Shown here in pieces: positions 9,335-19,363 of a stretch of DNA of 64,000 nucleotides. The DNA is from Minisyncoccia bacterium (GTDB taxonomy: Bacteria; Patescibacteriota; Minisyncoccia; UBA6257; 2-01-FULL-56-20). The position numbers were made by a program, and so were the translations under genes. Under the pieces are notes generated by a model, which was not told the origin of the DNA, made no database searches, and was given only the letters and a program-made list of their open reading frames with translations. The DNA lies in assembly GCA_050008535.1 (NCBI GenBank), contig JBEKML010000001.1, positions 391,050 through 455,049 on the forward strand, written 5' to 3'. The first letter of the stretch is position 1. Each line of letters starts with the position of its first letter.

Positions 9335-10615
9335 CTACCGGAGCGCGAAGAACATTGCCACTGCCGCTGCTCCCACAAGAATGAACGTCGCCCATACGAG
9401 AATATTTGAAAGTGTCCCGCTCTTGTGCTCGCCCATTATTTTCTCGTTTCGGGCGATCTTCGCGATAATGAATATCAATGGTACCGAGATGACGCCGTTC
9501 GCGACGGCGGTGAAGACAAGCGCCTGCATCGGGTCAATGCCCACAAAGTTGATTATGAGGCCGATGACGGTGGCGATTGTGATGATGCCGTAGAAGCCGT
9601 GGGCGCGCTTCAGTTTTAGGTTGAGGCCTTCTTTCCAGTTCAGCGCTTCCGAGAGCGCGTAGGAGGCCGATGCGGAAAGGACGGGGACCGCGAGGAGCCC
9701 GAGCCCCATGATGCCGATCGCGAAAATGAGCTTTGCGATGAACCCGGCATAGGGGAAGGTGGTAACCAATGGCTCGAGCGCTTTTGCGGCGTCGGCGGCG
9801 GTCGCGACGTTCGTCACACCGTTCTTATTGAGCACGGTGGCGGCAACAACGATGATGCACCACGTTGCGGCCTGCGAAGAAAGCATGCCAAGGAAATTAT
9901 CCAGCCGCAGCGCACGCATGAAGGATTTTGTAAGATGCGGTTTTCCATCGCGTATCAAGTGCCTCTTTCGTTCTTCTTCCACTTCTTCGGATGCTTCCCA
10001 GAAGAACATATAAGGGGAAATGGTCGTGCCGATCACGCCGATGATGATAAAGAGGAATGCAAAGTTGAACTCAATGTGCGGGATAAACGTTGCTTTAAGA
10101 ATGGTTCCCCACGGTTCCTGCACGAGAAATACCGTGATGATGTAGGAAAAAAGCGCGAGCGCGAGCCATTTCAAGATTTTTGCGTACGTGCGGTACGAAG
10201 TGAATATTTCAAGGATAAGAATGACGGCGGTGAAGAGCAGTGTGAGGATGACGAAGGGCAGGGGAACAATAAGCTGCGCGGCGGCACCCATCGCGCCCAG
10301 GTCCGCGCCGATGTTTATGGTATTCGCGATCAAAATAAGGGCGAGCGTCCCGTAAAGTATTTTTCTGTCGTAGTGCTCCTTGATGACGGCGGCAATGCCC
10401 TTCCCCGTCACCGCGCCTATCCGGGCGCACGCTTCCTGGACGGCGGTCATGAAGGGGAGCGCGAAGAGGGCGGTCCAAAGCTGTCCGTAGCCGAATTGCG
10501 CGCCGGTTTGCGTATACGTGGCGATCCCCGACGGATCGTCGTCCGCCGCGCCGGTGATGAGGCCTGGCCCCACGATCTTCACAATTGACTTGGTCTTTCT
10601 GCTGAATTTTGCCAC
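9335..10615 (-). CDS. NRAMP-family divalent metal transporter
   Basis: GPGLITGAADDDPSGIATY, GTTISPY; multiple TM helices. Confidence 0.9.
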   Translation of the reverse strand: MAKFSRKTKSIVKIVGPGLITGAADDDPSGIATYTQTGAQFGYGQLWTALFALPFMTAVQEACARIGAVTGKGIAAVIKEHYDRKILYGTLALILIANTINIGADLGAMGAAAQLIVPLPFVILTLLFTAVILILEIFTSYRTYAKILKWLALALFSYIITVFLVQEPWGTILKATFIPHIEFNFAFLFIIIGVIGTTISPYMFFWEASEEVEEERKRHLIRDGKPHLTKSFMRALRLDNFLGMLSSQAATWCIIVVAATVLNKNGVTNVATAADAAKALEPLVTTFPYAGFIAKLIFAIGIMGLGLLAVPVLSASASYALSEALNWKEGLNLKLKRAHGFYGIITIATVIGLIINFVGIDPMQALVFTAVANGVISVPLIFIIAKIARNEKIMGEHKSGTLSNILVWATFILVGAAAVAMFFALR

Positions 10616-10682
10616 TTCACCTTATTTTAACACTTGCCTCGTTGATTTGTTTTGCGACCGCCGTGCCGTATCATATATAGTA

Positions 10683-10979
10683 ATGACCTTCAAACTTTAT
10701 AAAAATAAGCGGAACGCTTACGACGTCATCCGCCGCCTCGGGTACATACCGATCGGGACCACGCCGGAGGGCGAGATGAACTGCGTCCGGCCCCTGGGAG
10801 GGGACTATCCGCGTTTTCATATCTACCTTAAAGAAGATGCCGAGATATTCCATTTCTCCCTCCATCTTGACCAGAAAAAACCCGTCTATAAAGGGACGGC
10901 GGCCCACAGCGGAGAATATGATAGCGATGTCGTAAAAGACGAGGCCTCCCGGATCCGCGGAATCTTGTTAGAAGATTAA
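10683..10979 (+). CDS. conserved hypothetical protein
   Basis: YPRFHIY, LHLDQKKP, HSGEYD. Confidence 0.65.
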   Translation: MTFKLYKNKRNAYDVIRRLGYIPIGTTPEGEMNCVRPLGGDYPRFHIYLKEDAEIFHFSLHLDQKKPVYKGTAAHSGEYDSDVVKDEASRIRGILLED

Positions 10980-11294
10980 TTTCAAAGCGGAGAAACCGAT
11001 CAAGAGGACTATGGCAACGAGCCAAAGAAGGCTCCAAAGAACGGTCTTCATCGCTTCGTGGCGCTTGCCGGAGGAGAAAAGGACGAGCGGGTAGCCCAGG
11101 ATCAATGAACTGCAAATGAGGGCCGAGATGACGAAGGCGAGCAGGAAAAGGACGATGCTTATAATAGGGCCAGGTTGAACATTATGAAGCAATGACCAGT
11201 TTTGCACTTGCTGGACGAGCGTGGCGAAGGCGCTCACGTATAACGTCAAACCGGCAGCCTGGATAAAACCGACAGTTCGAGGAGAGGCTTTCAT
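10968..11294 (-). CDS. small membrane protein
   Basis: Three hydrophobic segments; TATAAT just upstream. Confidence 0.65.
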   Translation of the reverse strand: MKASPRTVGFIQAAGLTLYVSAFATLVQQVQNWSLLHNVQPGPIISIVLFLLAFVISALICSSLILGYPLVLFSSGKRHEAMKTVLWSLLWLVAIVLLIGFSALKLIF

Positions 11295-11340
11295 CAAACT
11301 ATTATACAATAGCCGACCGCTTTTATGCTATAATGATCCT

Positions 11341-11745
11341 ATGGATGGCTACGTGGTCAACATTGAGAAAGCATCGTCGGAAAACGAGAACTTCCGGAAG
11401 GTTTTGTATACCGCGAAAAACAGCCAGCTTGTGGTCATGAGCCTCAAGCCGGGAGAGGATATTGGCATGGAGGTCCACCACCTTGACCAGTTCATTCGCG
11501 TTGAATCCGGGACGGGGAAAACCGTGCTCAACGGCAAGGAGCACGACCTTTCGGATGGATATGCGGTAGTGGTCCCCGCGGGCACCGAGCACAACATCAT
11601 CAATACCTCGCCCGACAAAGAGATGAAACTTTATACCGTATATTCTCCGCCGAACCATCTGGACGGCACCATACACGCTTCAAAAGCCGCGGCCGAAGCA
11701 GACGAAGGGGAACATTTTGACGGCAAGACCACAGAACCGGCATAG
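11341..11745 (+). CDS. cupin domain protein
   Basis: GMEVH...DQFIRVESG, VPAGTEHN, YSPPNH. Confidence 0.9.
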   Translation: MDGYVVNIEKASSENENFRKVLYTAKNSQLVVMSLKPGEDIGMEVHHLDQFIRVESGTGKTVLNGKEHDLSDGYAVVVPAGTEHNIINTSPDKEMKLYTVYSPPNHLDGTIHASKAAAEADEGEHFDGKTTEPA

Positions 11746-12993
11746 ATGACGCGGGCAACATATCTTTTTTTAATCGTAGCGCTTTTGGGGTCGGTTGGTT
11801 TGCAATATGCGAAGGCCGATCTGCCTACGTACGGTCCTTACGGGATCAATGCCGTGGCAGTCAGCGCTTCGGAGATCGATCTTACGTGGAATGCGGTGGA
11901 CGCCACGCCGGGCGTGACCGGTTACCGCATTGAACGCGAATTTCCCGTGGGCAGCGGGTTCAGCACGATCGTTGCAAACACCAATTCCGCTTCACCGAGC
12001 TACGCCGATACGAATCTTTCGCCGAATACTACGTATAGCTATCGCATTACCGCCATAAATAGCGACGGCCTGGGTCTCCCTTCCGCGAATCCTGTGATCG
12101 CGACGACGCTCGTGGCGAGCCCGTATGTTCCGCCGCCCGATCCGCCGCAAGGCCTTACTGCGGTTCCCACATCCGGTTCGCAATTGAATCTTTCTTGGAC
12201 GGCGCCGCCCGCCAGCCAAAACACGGCCGCTTATAAAATTGACCGGGCCGTGGGCGGCGGTTTCGGGACACTTGTCGCGAGCACGACTGCGACGAGCTAC
12301 ACGGATACAAATCTTTCGCCCGGCGGACAGTATGCCTACCGAGTGTATGCCATGAATGCCGCGGGCACCGGGAGTCCTTCTGTAATTGTATATGCGACGA
12401 TGCCTGTGCCACCCAGCCCTCCGGGAAATCCCACAGCGGTAGCCGGAGACGGCAAGGCGACCGTGAGTTGGCTTCCTGCATATGCTCCGTCTGCATATGC
12501 CCTGCCGGGAGGCGTGGCCGGCTATATAGTGACGGGTCCGGGAAGCAGCTCTGTAAGCGTACCCAGCGGCACCTTGAGCACGACCGTCACCGGCCTCACG
12601 AACGGCGTAAGTTATTCATTTTATGTGAGCGCCCAAAATGTCGCAGGGCAGAGTTCTGCGGTGCAGACAAATAGCGTCGTTCCCGCGACGTCCACTCCGC
12701 AGGCGGTAGTTTCCACGTCGTCCGCGTCATCCACATCGCCTGCATTGCCGGCGAATCACTCATCCCTTCCCGCTTTTTATTTTTCTTTTGCGCTCCAACA
12801 GGGAAGCCGGGGCCAGGCCGTGACGGCGCTTCAGAACCGCCTTACCGGTGCCGGATTTTATTCAGGGCCGATCACGGGATATTTCGGTCTGCTTACGAAA
12901 GCCGGAGTGGAGGCGTATCAGCGCGCTCACCACGTTTCAGCGATCGGTGTTGTCGGTCCGCTTACCCGCGCATATCTCAACGCGAATCTTTAG
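11746..12993 (+). CDS. secreted fibronectin type III repeat protein with C-terminal peptidoglycan-binding domain
   Basis: Signal peptide, three FN3 units, ITGYFGLLTKAGV...GVVGPLTRA. Confidence 0.85.
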   Translation: MTRATYLFLIVALLGSVGLQYAKADLPTYGPYGINAVAVSASEIDLTWNAVDATPGVTGYRIEREFPVGSGFSTIVANTNSASPSYADTNLSPNTTYSYRITAINSDGLGLPSANPVIATTLVASPYVPPPDPPQGLTAVPTSGSQLNLSWTAPPASQNTAAYKIDRAVGGGFGTLVASTTATSYTDTNLSPGGQYAYRVYAMNAAGTGSPSVIVYATMPVPPSPPGNPTAVAGDGKATVSWLPAYAPSAYALPGGVAGYIVTGPGSSSVSVPSGTLSTTVTGLTNGVSYSFYVSAQNVAGQSSAVQTNSVVPATSTPQAVVSTSSASSTSPALPANHSSLPAFYFSFALQQGSRGQAVTALQNRLTGAGFYSGPITGYFGLLTKAGVEAYQRAHHVSAIGVVGPLTRAYLNANL

Positions 12994-13000
12994 GTCCGGA

Positions 13001-13714
13001 TTACGATTGAAAGAGGACAGCGGAAGAGAAGGTGCAGCTGCAAGGGTCTTTGTGGCAAGCATGGCAATTCCTCCCGTACAATTCGGAAAGTTTTTTGGCG
13101 ACATCAAGATTGATCGAATTTGCCACGCCGAACACGCACGAGAGAGCATCTGCGATCTCATCCTCAAGCGCCCGCATCTGTTCTTCTTTGTGCTCGCCCA
13201 TGTAGGCATGGATGGCTTCGTTGACTTCGCCGATCTCCTCTGCCAGATGGACGCCCGCCTGGTCGAGCGTGCGCGTTTCAGGGGGATAGATCTCTCTGAA
13301 CATGTCTTGCAGTTGGGCGATAGTGTGCACTTCTGGAATTTTTAGCCCGGCATAGAGGATGCGTTCCTTCGGATGGATCGCTTTGCAGGCGCAGGGCCGT
13401 TTTCCGCAATAGGAGCATTGCATCGGAAATCGCCGCAGGACCCCGCTTTCGGTTTCAATATGGAAGCGATTCGCAATGGCCATCATCCAGGACAACGCGA
13501 TCAAAAGATTAAGAACAAGCTTTGCTTCGTCTTTTTTCCGGATCCCTTTCAGTGCACGCATGGCAAACCGGTCGACGTTCTGGGCCAGGTCCCATATGGA
13601 ATAAAAACGATCGTCGTGCTCGCCGTAAATAACTTTGATGAATTCCTGGAAATCCGCCAGAGAGCCTTGTTGGGAAAAACTATGCATGGCTTTAGAGAGG
13701 TTGCGGCTCTCCAT
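13001..13714 (-). CDS. tandem MazG-like nucleotide pyrophosphohydrolase
   Basis: LAEEIGEV...EDEIAD motif; two units, each ending in CxxCxxxPCxC. Confidence 0.75.
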   Translation of the reverse strand: MESRNLSKAMHSFSQQGSLADFQEFIKVIYGEHDDRFYSIWDLAQNVDRFAMRALKGIRKKDEAKLVLNLLIALSWMMAIANRFHIETESGVLRRFPMQCSYCGKRPCACKAIHPKERILYAGLKIPEVHTIAQLQDMFREIYPPETRTLDQAGVHLAEEIGEVNEAIHAYMGEHKEEQMRALEDEIADALSCVFGVANSINLDVAKKLSELYGRNCHACHKDPCSCTFSSAVLFQS

Positions 13715-14078
13715 TTGCGGTCATATATTCCTCTCGCGGCACCAGCCCCTGTTCTTTCAGTAATTGTTCAAAAGCCTCCCGTAACTTTTCGGGGTTTTTG
13801 GAAAAGCTTATTTCTATCCCGACGTCAGGTCGTTTGGGGTCTGGCCGACAGCCGGCAAAGTACAGGAATCGCTCATCATATGCATGTCCTTCCTCTCGTA
13901 ATTTTTCCAACGCTCGCATAGCTTGGTCCCGTGTTTCCGGGGAATCGAATTCGAAATACAGCTTTGATTCCATTTCCCGTTCTTGGGCCGCATCTCTTAA
14001 TCTTCCTCTCTCCAGCCTCGCCACTTGTGCTTCGAGAGATTCTCCTTCTGCTGCTGCTTCTGCTTCGTTGCTGAACAT
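13692..14078 (-). CDS. hypothetical protein
   Basis: 128-aa ORF overlapping the mazG-like start. Confidence 0.55.
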   Translation of the reverse strand: MFSNEAEAAAEGESLEAQVARLERGRLRDAAQEREMESKLYFEFDSPETRDQAMRALEKLREEGHAYDERFLYFAGCRPDPKRPDVGIEISFSKNPEKLREAFEQLLKEQGLVPREEYMTANGEPQPL

Positions 14079-14130
14079 GGTTACAATTTAGCACATAGCT
14101 GGGTATGGAGGCAAGGGTTATAATATTCCT

Positions 14131-14799
14131 GTGATGATTCTCTTCTATAAAATAGGCAGGAACATCGCAGGATGTTTCCGCGGATATTATTTGCTTTTCC
14201 ATATTTTGGCGGCGGCGCTTACGTACGTGCTCGTGGTTTCCGGATTTGATTGGTTCTATTTCACTACGTTGCGGAATACCTCTTGGTATCTTTTTTTGTT
14301 CCCCGCCGCCGTTCTTGGCGCATTTCTGCCGGTCCTCGTGCCCTTGCTCATGCTTGCGATCGGCAAGGTTCGCAACAATCTGAGGAACATAAATGCGGCA
14401 TGGGGGACGGGACAGGCGGCGCTTCTTGGGTTGCTGATCTCTTCTTCCTATAAATTTTTTACCGGCAGGATCCGGCCGCCGTTCTTGCTGACCGCCTCCA
14501 CCCCCGACATAAGCCAGGTATTCAGATTTGGGTTAATGAAGGGCGGAGTGTTCTGGGGCTGGCCTTCCTCGCATACCACAGTGGCCTTTGCGGCGGCAAT
14601 CGCATTGGTAAAACTCTATCCCGAGAACAAACTGGTGAAAATTTTGGCTTTGGCGTGTGCGTGCTACGTGGGGGTCGGGGTTTCGGCCGGCATCCATTGG
14701 TTCTCTGATTTTGTTGCCGGCGCCATCATCGGTTCCGTGATCGGCGTAGTGGTGGGCAACAGTTTTCGCGCGCGGTTGCATGCGCGGGCGGAGCGCTAA
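14131..14799 (+). CDS. PAP2 family membrane phosphatase
   Basis: KxxxxRxRP, PSSH, HWFSD. Confidence 0.88.
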   Translation: MMILFYKIGRNIAGCFRGYYLLFHILAAALTYVLVVSGFDWFYFTTLRNTSWYLFLFPAAVLGAFLPVLVPLLMLAIGKVRNNLRNINAAWGTGQAALLGLLISSSYKFFTGRIRPPFLLTASTPDISQVFRFGLMKGGVFWGWPSSHTTVAFAAAIALVKLYPENKLVKILALACACYVGVGVSAGIHWFSDFVAGAIIGSVIGVVVGNSFRARLHARAER

Positions 14800-14820
14800 G
14801 GCAGCGCCGCAGAACCGGGG

Positions 14821-15348
14821 CTACGCCGCCGGACGTTTTTCCAAGTTGAGATTTACAAACGCCAAGAGCAAGGCGGGTACCATAAGGTCTTTTCTGGTGA
14901 GCGTTCCTCCGGAGAAATACATTACCGGATCGTCTTCGCCGGCCAGGTTCTGGGTCAGAGTATCCATCTTGATGTTATTTTTTTGTATTTCTTCCATCAT
15001 CCACAACGGCACCCTGATGCCGGGAGTAAAACTTTCCACGTGCTTGCCGTCCTTGGTTTGGATGGAAATGCCGATCACGTAATACCACTCGTCCGCGTTA
15101 TAGATAAAACTCAACGAATTCTCAATGCCGATCCCGATATCAACATTTTCGCGATTGAGCGCTTCCGCTGCGCAAGCCCGCGCTCTTTTAAACAACTCTT
15201 CAAATCCAAAGATCTGCGAAGGCAACGACGGGCGAAAGGGACTATCAAGAGCGATGTCCGCCTCAACGCCAAGCTTTTTGATCGCTTCCTCTACGGCTGC
15301 TTTTTTCAGGTCAAAATAATGCTCTGAAGTATAGAAGCCTATCGTCAT
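14821..15348 (-). CDS. YjjX/DUF84-like inosine/xanthosine triphosphatase
   Basis: K..AV, Q.FG.EE...RA, IGIGIEN, SGGTLTR. Confidence 0.7.
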   Translation of the reverse strand: MTIGFYTSEHYFDLKKAAVEEAIKKLGVEADIALDSPFRPSLPSQIFGFEELFKRARACAAEALNRENVDIGIGIENSLSFIYNADEWYYVIGISIQTKDGKHVESFTPGIRVPLWMMEEIQKNNIKMDTLTQNLAGEDDPVMYFSGGTLTRKDLMVPALLLAFVNLNLEKRPAA

Positions 15349-15369
15349 CTCCGTGATTATATCATTTTC

Positions 15370-16389
15370 TCAACGGGGACTTCCCGGTGGCTGCTGATGC
15401 CTCTTTTCGTAGTTTTCGTGATACCGAAACGCCGCCGGAATGCTTGCGGCTACCGGGAGCGCGAGGAATGCTCCCAGGATCCCGAAAAGACTGGCGCCGA
15501 TTACTACTGCGAGAAAACTTAAGGCCGGGTAGAGATTAAGGGCTTTGTTGTAGATTACCGGGGAGATCACGGCATTTTCGATCTGCTGGTAGACAAGATA
15601 AAGAATGAGTACGGCGATGCCTTTTACCGGAGACAGGGCAAAGGCGATTATAAGAGCGGGTATGGCGCCGATGGTCTGGCCGACCAGCGGGAGCAGGTCC
15701 AGAATGCCCGCAAAAATGGCGAGCGGCAATGCAAAGGGAATTTGTAATGCCAAAAGTCCCACGAATATGACAGCGCTGCAAATGACAGAGATGATCAGAT
15801 TCCCCCGAATGTATTGCCCTGTTACCGTGCCCACTTCCCCGAGAAGTTCCTTAAGCTTGGTTTTCTCTCTGTAGGGGAAAATGCCCAGAAATAAATTGAA
15901 TAATCTTTCTTGGTCATATACGAAATAGAACGTTAAGATGAGAACCGTGATGATCGATAGTACCGTGAACGCGACGCTTTGCGTGGAAGCGAGAATGAAA
16001 GCGGGATGGCTTTGGAGATAGTTCCCGATATTAAAATTTTCTAATGCTTGGGGTGCGAAAGGTAAGTGGCCGATCGTAGCGTTCATGTTGTTTATGAGAT
16101 TAGGAACCTCCGTGCTTAGCTGCGGGATGATCGCAAAACCCAGTATGGCAAGGGGTATAAGAAGAACGAGCAAAACCAAGGATATCGAAAAGATCATTGG
16201 CAACCTCGTCTCTTTATGAACTTTACTTACTATGGGGGAAAGTGCCGCAGCCATAACAAGCGCTATCAAGATATCCACGAGTGCATCAGCGCCTTTCCAA
16301 ACGAGAAGCACTACGATCCCGGTAAGTATGATCCGGCTTAATGCTTCCCAGCTAAAAGGATGGTCTTGTTGATCGGCCATTGTATTCAT
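15370..16389 (-). CDS. AI-2E family transporter
   Basis: QQIENAVISP, GILGAFLALP; multi-TM. Confidence 0.9.
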   Translation of the reverse strand: MNTMADQQDHPFSWEALSRIILTGIVVLLVWKGADALVDILIALVMAAALSPIVSKVHKETRLPMIFSISLVLLVLLIPLAILGFAIIPQLSTEVPNLINNMNATIGHLPFAPQALENFNIGNYLQSHPAFILASTQSVAFTVLSIITVLILTFYFVYDQERLFNLFLGIFPYREKTKLKELLGEVGTVTGQYIRGNLIISVICSAVIFVGLLALQIPFALPLAIFAGILDLLPLVGQTIGAIPALIIAFALSPVKGIAVLILYLVYQQIENAVISPVIYNKALNLYPALSFLAVVIGASLFGILGAFLALPVAASIPAAFRYHENYEKRHQQPPGSPR

Positions 16390-16508
16390 TATAGCAATCT
16401 CAGTCAGATTGTTTGACAAAAGTTCAGATTGGGTAGATAAAATAAGGGAACCCCTTCTCTTCGCCACAAGGTAGAGAGAAATACTGTAGGGGTAGGGAGT
16501 ACAGCACC

Positions 16509-17060
16509 TTGAGAAGAATCGCTGTTGTCTGTTTCCTGTTTGCGTTCGCGGCGTTGTCTGCCGCGAATGCGACTACTCTGTGGTCTCAACTGTGGGACAC
16601 CACGCCGATTACGCCGCCGGCGATGATAAACGGGATCATCGTTTACGCGGATACCCACACCGGATTGGAGTTCGGTGACGCATTGACAGATTTCAACATC
16701 TCCGGCTGGACGTCGCTGCTGATCAATCCATGGGAGGTCGAAGCATGGGGGACCCCAACGGACACCGTCTTCGATTTCAACGTCAACTTCGGCTCGCCGG
16801 CCAACGCGGCGGGGTACGTGATGTTCGAGTACCTGTACAACGGCCAGTTGGTCGCGCCCGAGACCGGCCCAAACCCGGAGATTTTCTACTACAACGGCGG
16901 GAATGGGGAGTCTCGCGGCCCCGTCACGTACGGCAACTTCTCGTGGCCCGCTCAAGATCCAGACTTCGGGAAGGTCCCCGAGTCCGGGACGGCGTGGCTC
17001 GTCGGTCTGGGGCTCCTGCTCTGGCAGGCTCCTCGCCTCTGGCGCCGTGTCTGGTGCTAG
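16509..17060 (+). CDS. PEP-CTERM-like secreted protein
   Basis: Signal peptide; C-terminal VPESGT + TM helix + basic RR tail. Confidence 0.7.
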   Translation: MRRIAVVCFLFAFAALSAANATTLWSQLWDTTPITPPAMINGIIVYADTHTGLEFGDALTDFNISGWTSLLINPWEVEAWGTPTDTVFDFNVNFGSPANAAGYVMFEYLYNGQLVAPETGPNPEIFYYNGGNGESRGPVTYGNFSWPAQDPDFGKVPESGTAWLVGLGLLLWQAPRLWRRVWC

Positions 17061-17164
17061 CCGCCAAGCGCTCCAGCTCCAGCAGTCCCTTCACAGCTCC
17101 TTTGCAGCCTTTGCGGTTTTACACGGCCACCTTCCCTCGTTTGCTCGGGGGCAGGTGGCCACTT

Positions 17165-17680
17165 TCATTTAATCTCAATTAACCTGCCATCGCTAATTTT
17201 TAAATATTTTGAAACTCCCACCGATGGCTGGGTGGTCATTGGTTCGTTCGGCCTCCGTTCGGCATAGTTCACTATCAATTCTCCTTCGCGGAACTCCGTG
17301 GTTTGTGGAGCGATCCGGTCACCAAGAAGGACAGCATTGGTTCCTGTATAACCGTTGCTCGTTTTGAGCGCAGCGACAACGTAATAAAAAGTGCCGCTCC
17401 CGCCGCCGCTTTGCGTTAGAAGAAAAGCAATGTCGTTCAATCCATCGCCATTCAAATCGGCCGTCACTTCGTTGCCGAAATATCGTGTGGTGAGCTTTGA
17501 AGCGGAGCCGGGCGCCGCCTCGCTTTCCGCCGCCCCATTGACCAGCGTGACCGTCCGGCCTTCGATCTCGTAAGAGATGTTCTTGTAGTCGCCCGTAGGA
17601 CGTGCGGCGGGCCGGTACCAAAAGAGAATGCCCGCAGCGAGCAGAACAAGAACACCCACAGTAATTACTCCTTTTTTCAT
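17165..17680 (-). CDS. membrane-anchored hypothetical protein
   Basis: N-terminal TM; DLNGDG loop, GGSGTFYY, LGDRIAP. Confidence 0.75.
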   Translation of the reverse strand: MKKGVITVGVLVLLAAGILFWYRPAARPTGDYKNISYEIEGRTVTLVNGAAESEAAPGSASKLTTRYFGNEVTADLNGDGLNDIAFLLTQSGGGSGTFYYVVAALKTSNGYTGTNAVLLGDRIAPQTTEFREGELIVNYAERRPNEPMTTQPSVGVSKYLKISDGRLIEIK

Positions 17681-17800
17681 GTCTTAACTTTAACACGGAG
17701 CGGGGTCTTTACATTTTGAGGCCTACGCTTTACTATAGCGGTAGAGCTGGTTCGCCAGCTTTCGCATCACAATTGACGGAGAGAAGAGGAGAACGACATC

Positions 17801-18943
17801 ATGAAGAGCGCGACGTGCTTGCTCGCGATTTTAGCGATTTTTGGGTTGATGATCCCTGTGGCTTCGGCCCAGGAAGAAACCCAGTTCTCGCTCAACCCGA
17901 ACGAAGGGCTCTACGACGGCCTCGCCCGCCAGGGGTGCAACCCAGGCTGGCTTTCCCTCGTGATGAGTGAAGACAACATCAAACTCGAAGACCTGCGCCG
18001 GCTGTGGAAGCCTGTGGCGATCGACATGACTCAATGCAAGGAAACGCCTCCCGAGGAGGTCCTTGCCGCCACGCGGCGCATCGTTAAGGCGGACATCGCG
18101 GCGGCCGCATCGGCTCGGAAGCGGAGCGACGGCGCTCAGCAGAGCGTTGCGTCCAACAGGGCTGCCGGACACGCGCTATCAGCGCCACCGATACCGGACA
18201 CTACCATCCACGAACGGGAAGATTTACAAGCGAAGCTGGACGCCGCGAACGCGACAATCCAGGGTCTGCAGGCGAAACTCGACGCCGCGAACGCAACGAT
18301 TCAGAGCATGAAATCTGCCGACGTGCCCAAGGAAAACGCTGCGGCAGGAACCGATCACTGGTCGGTGTTGGCGATCGTCGCCACTGCGGTGAGCATTACG
18401 GCGGTAATCCTCGGCGGACTGTTCTTTTTGCTCTGGCGCCGGAAACCCACGAGGAGTTCAATGGCCCTTTTCGGTGACGCGGGGTCGGCTGGGAAGGGAG
18501 CCGCCAAGATTTCCAGGCTTGAAGCGGACCTCGTCGCCTCAGAGAGAGCCAGGATCGAACTCGTTTCGAGGCTTGGCACGGCGGAGGAGTCCGCTGCCGC
18601 TTTAAAGACGGAACGCGACACCGCGCAGGCGGTCGTCACCGATCTCACGACGGCAATACAAGGTGCGGTTTTCTTCGACCGGGAGATCGAAGTCAGGCAC
18701 GACGGCGTGGCTCACACTTTCGTTCTTGTGGGGGTTGAGGCAAAGCGCGACGGCAACGGGTTCGTCGGCCTTTACGCGTGCCCGCTGTGCACCGAGCGGC
18801 GCTTGGTGCTGCCCGAGGGTTTAAGTGACCAGCAGCAACAGGAAAGGCTGGCGTTGCACTTTACGAAGTGCCCCGACATGAAACAACCGGGGCCGATCGC
18901 AGTACCCCCTCCCAGAAAGGGAACGCTGGTGGGAGTAGCTTAG
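17801..18943 (+). CDS. membrane coiled-coil protein with a putative C-terminal zinc finger
   Basis: Signal peptide, LQAKLDAANATIQ x2, TM helix, CPLC...H...C. Confidence 0.7.
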   Translation: MKSATCLLAILAIFGLMIPVASAQEETQFSLNPNEGLYDGLARQGCNPGWLSLVMSEDNIKLEDLRRLWKPVAIDMTQCKETPPEEVLAATRRIVKADIAAAASARKRSDGAQQSVASNRAAGHALSAPPIPDTTIHEREDLQAKLDAANATIQGLQAKLDAANATIQSMKSADVPKENAAAGTDHWSVLAIVATAVSITAVILGGLFFLLWRRKPTRSSMALFGDAGSAGKGAAKISRLEADLVASERARIELVSRLGTAEESAAALKTERDTAQAVVTDLTTAIQGAVFFDREIEVRHDGVAHTFVLVGVEAKRDGNGFVGLYACPLCTERRLVLPEGLSDQQQQERLALHFTKCPDMKQPGPIAVPPPRKGTLVGVA

Positions 18944-19363
18944 CTGCCATCGCACGATCACGCACGGCGCGGCATTTCCACCTTCTTCTCTTCAAGTTTG
19001 TCAGAATCAGATTGGAAGAGTATTTGATGTTCTGGTTTATCCCCCGGATCCGTCTTGGGGGAGATGATCCTGCGCTTTGCGCGGGAGAACGTGGCCGGAT
19101 CCGTCTTGGCCATGAATCGGAGATCGAAAACTCGACACAATCTTCATGAGGGGGATCTGTACGGAGGCCGAACAAGCCCCACAGATCCTCCGATCACCTA
19201 AGCCCGTTACTTCGAACGTAGTGGGTTGAGGTGATTTTACGAAGGGCCGCGCGCGAGCACGGCCCATTTTGTTGCGCCGCGTTCCTTCAAGAGAAATTGA
19301 CAAGAAACACAATGCGTGATACAAATATGCCAGCTACTCCCAACGACACCGAGGAGAAAAAAG

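Noticed and set aside
19044-19109. 15-bp direct repeat CCGGATCCGTCTTGG x2
   Set aside because: Only two copies, with a 51-bp period consistent with a small coding duplication; no further structure.
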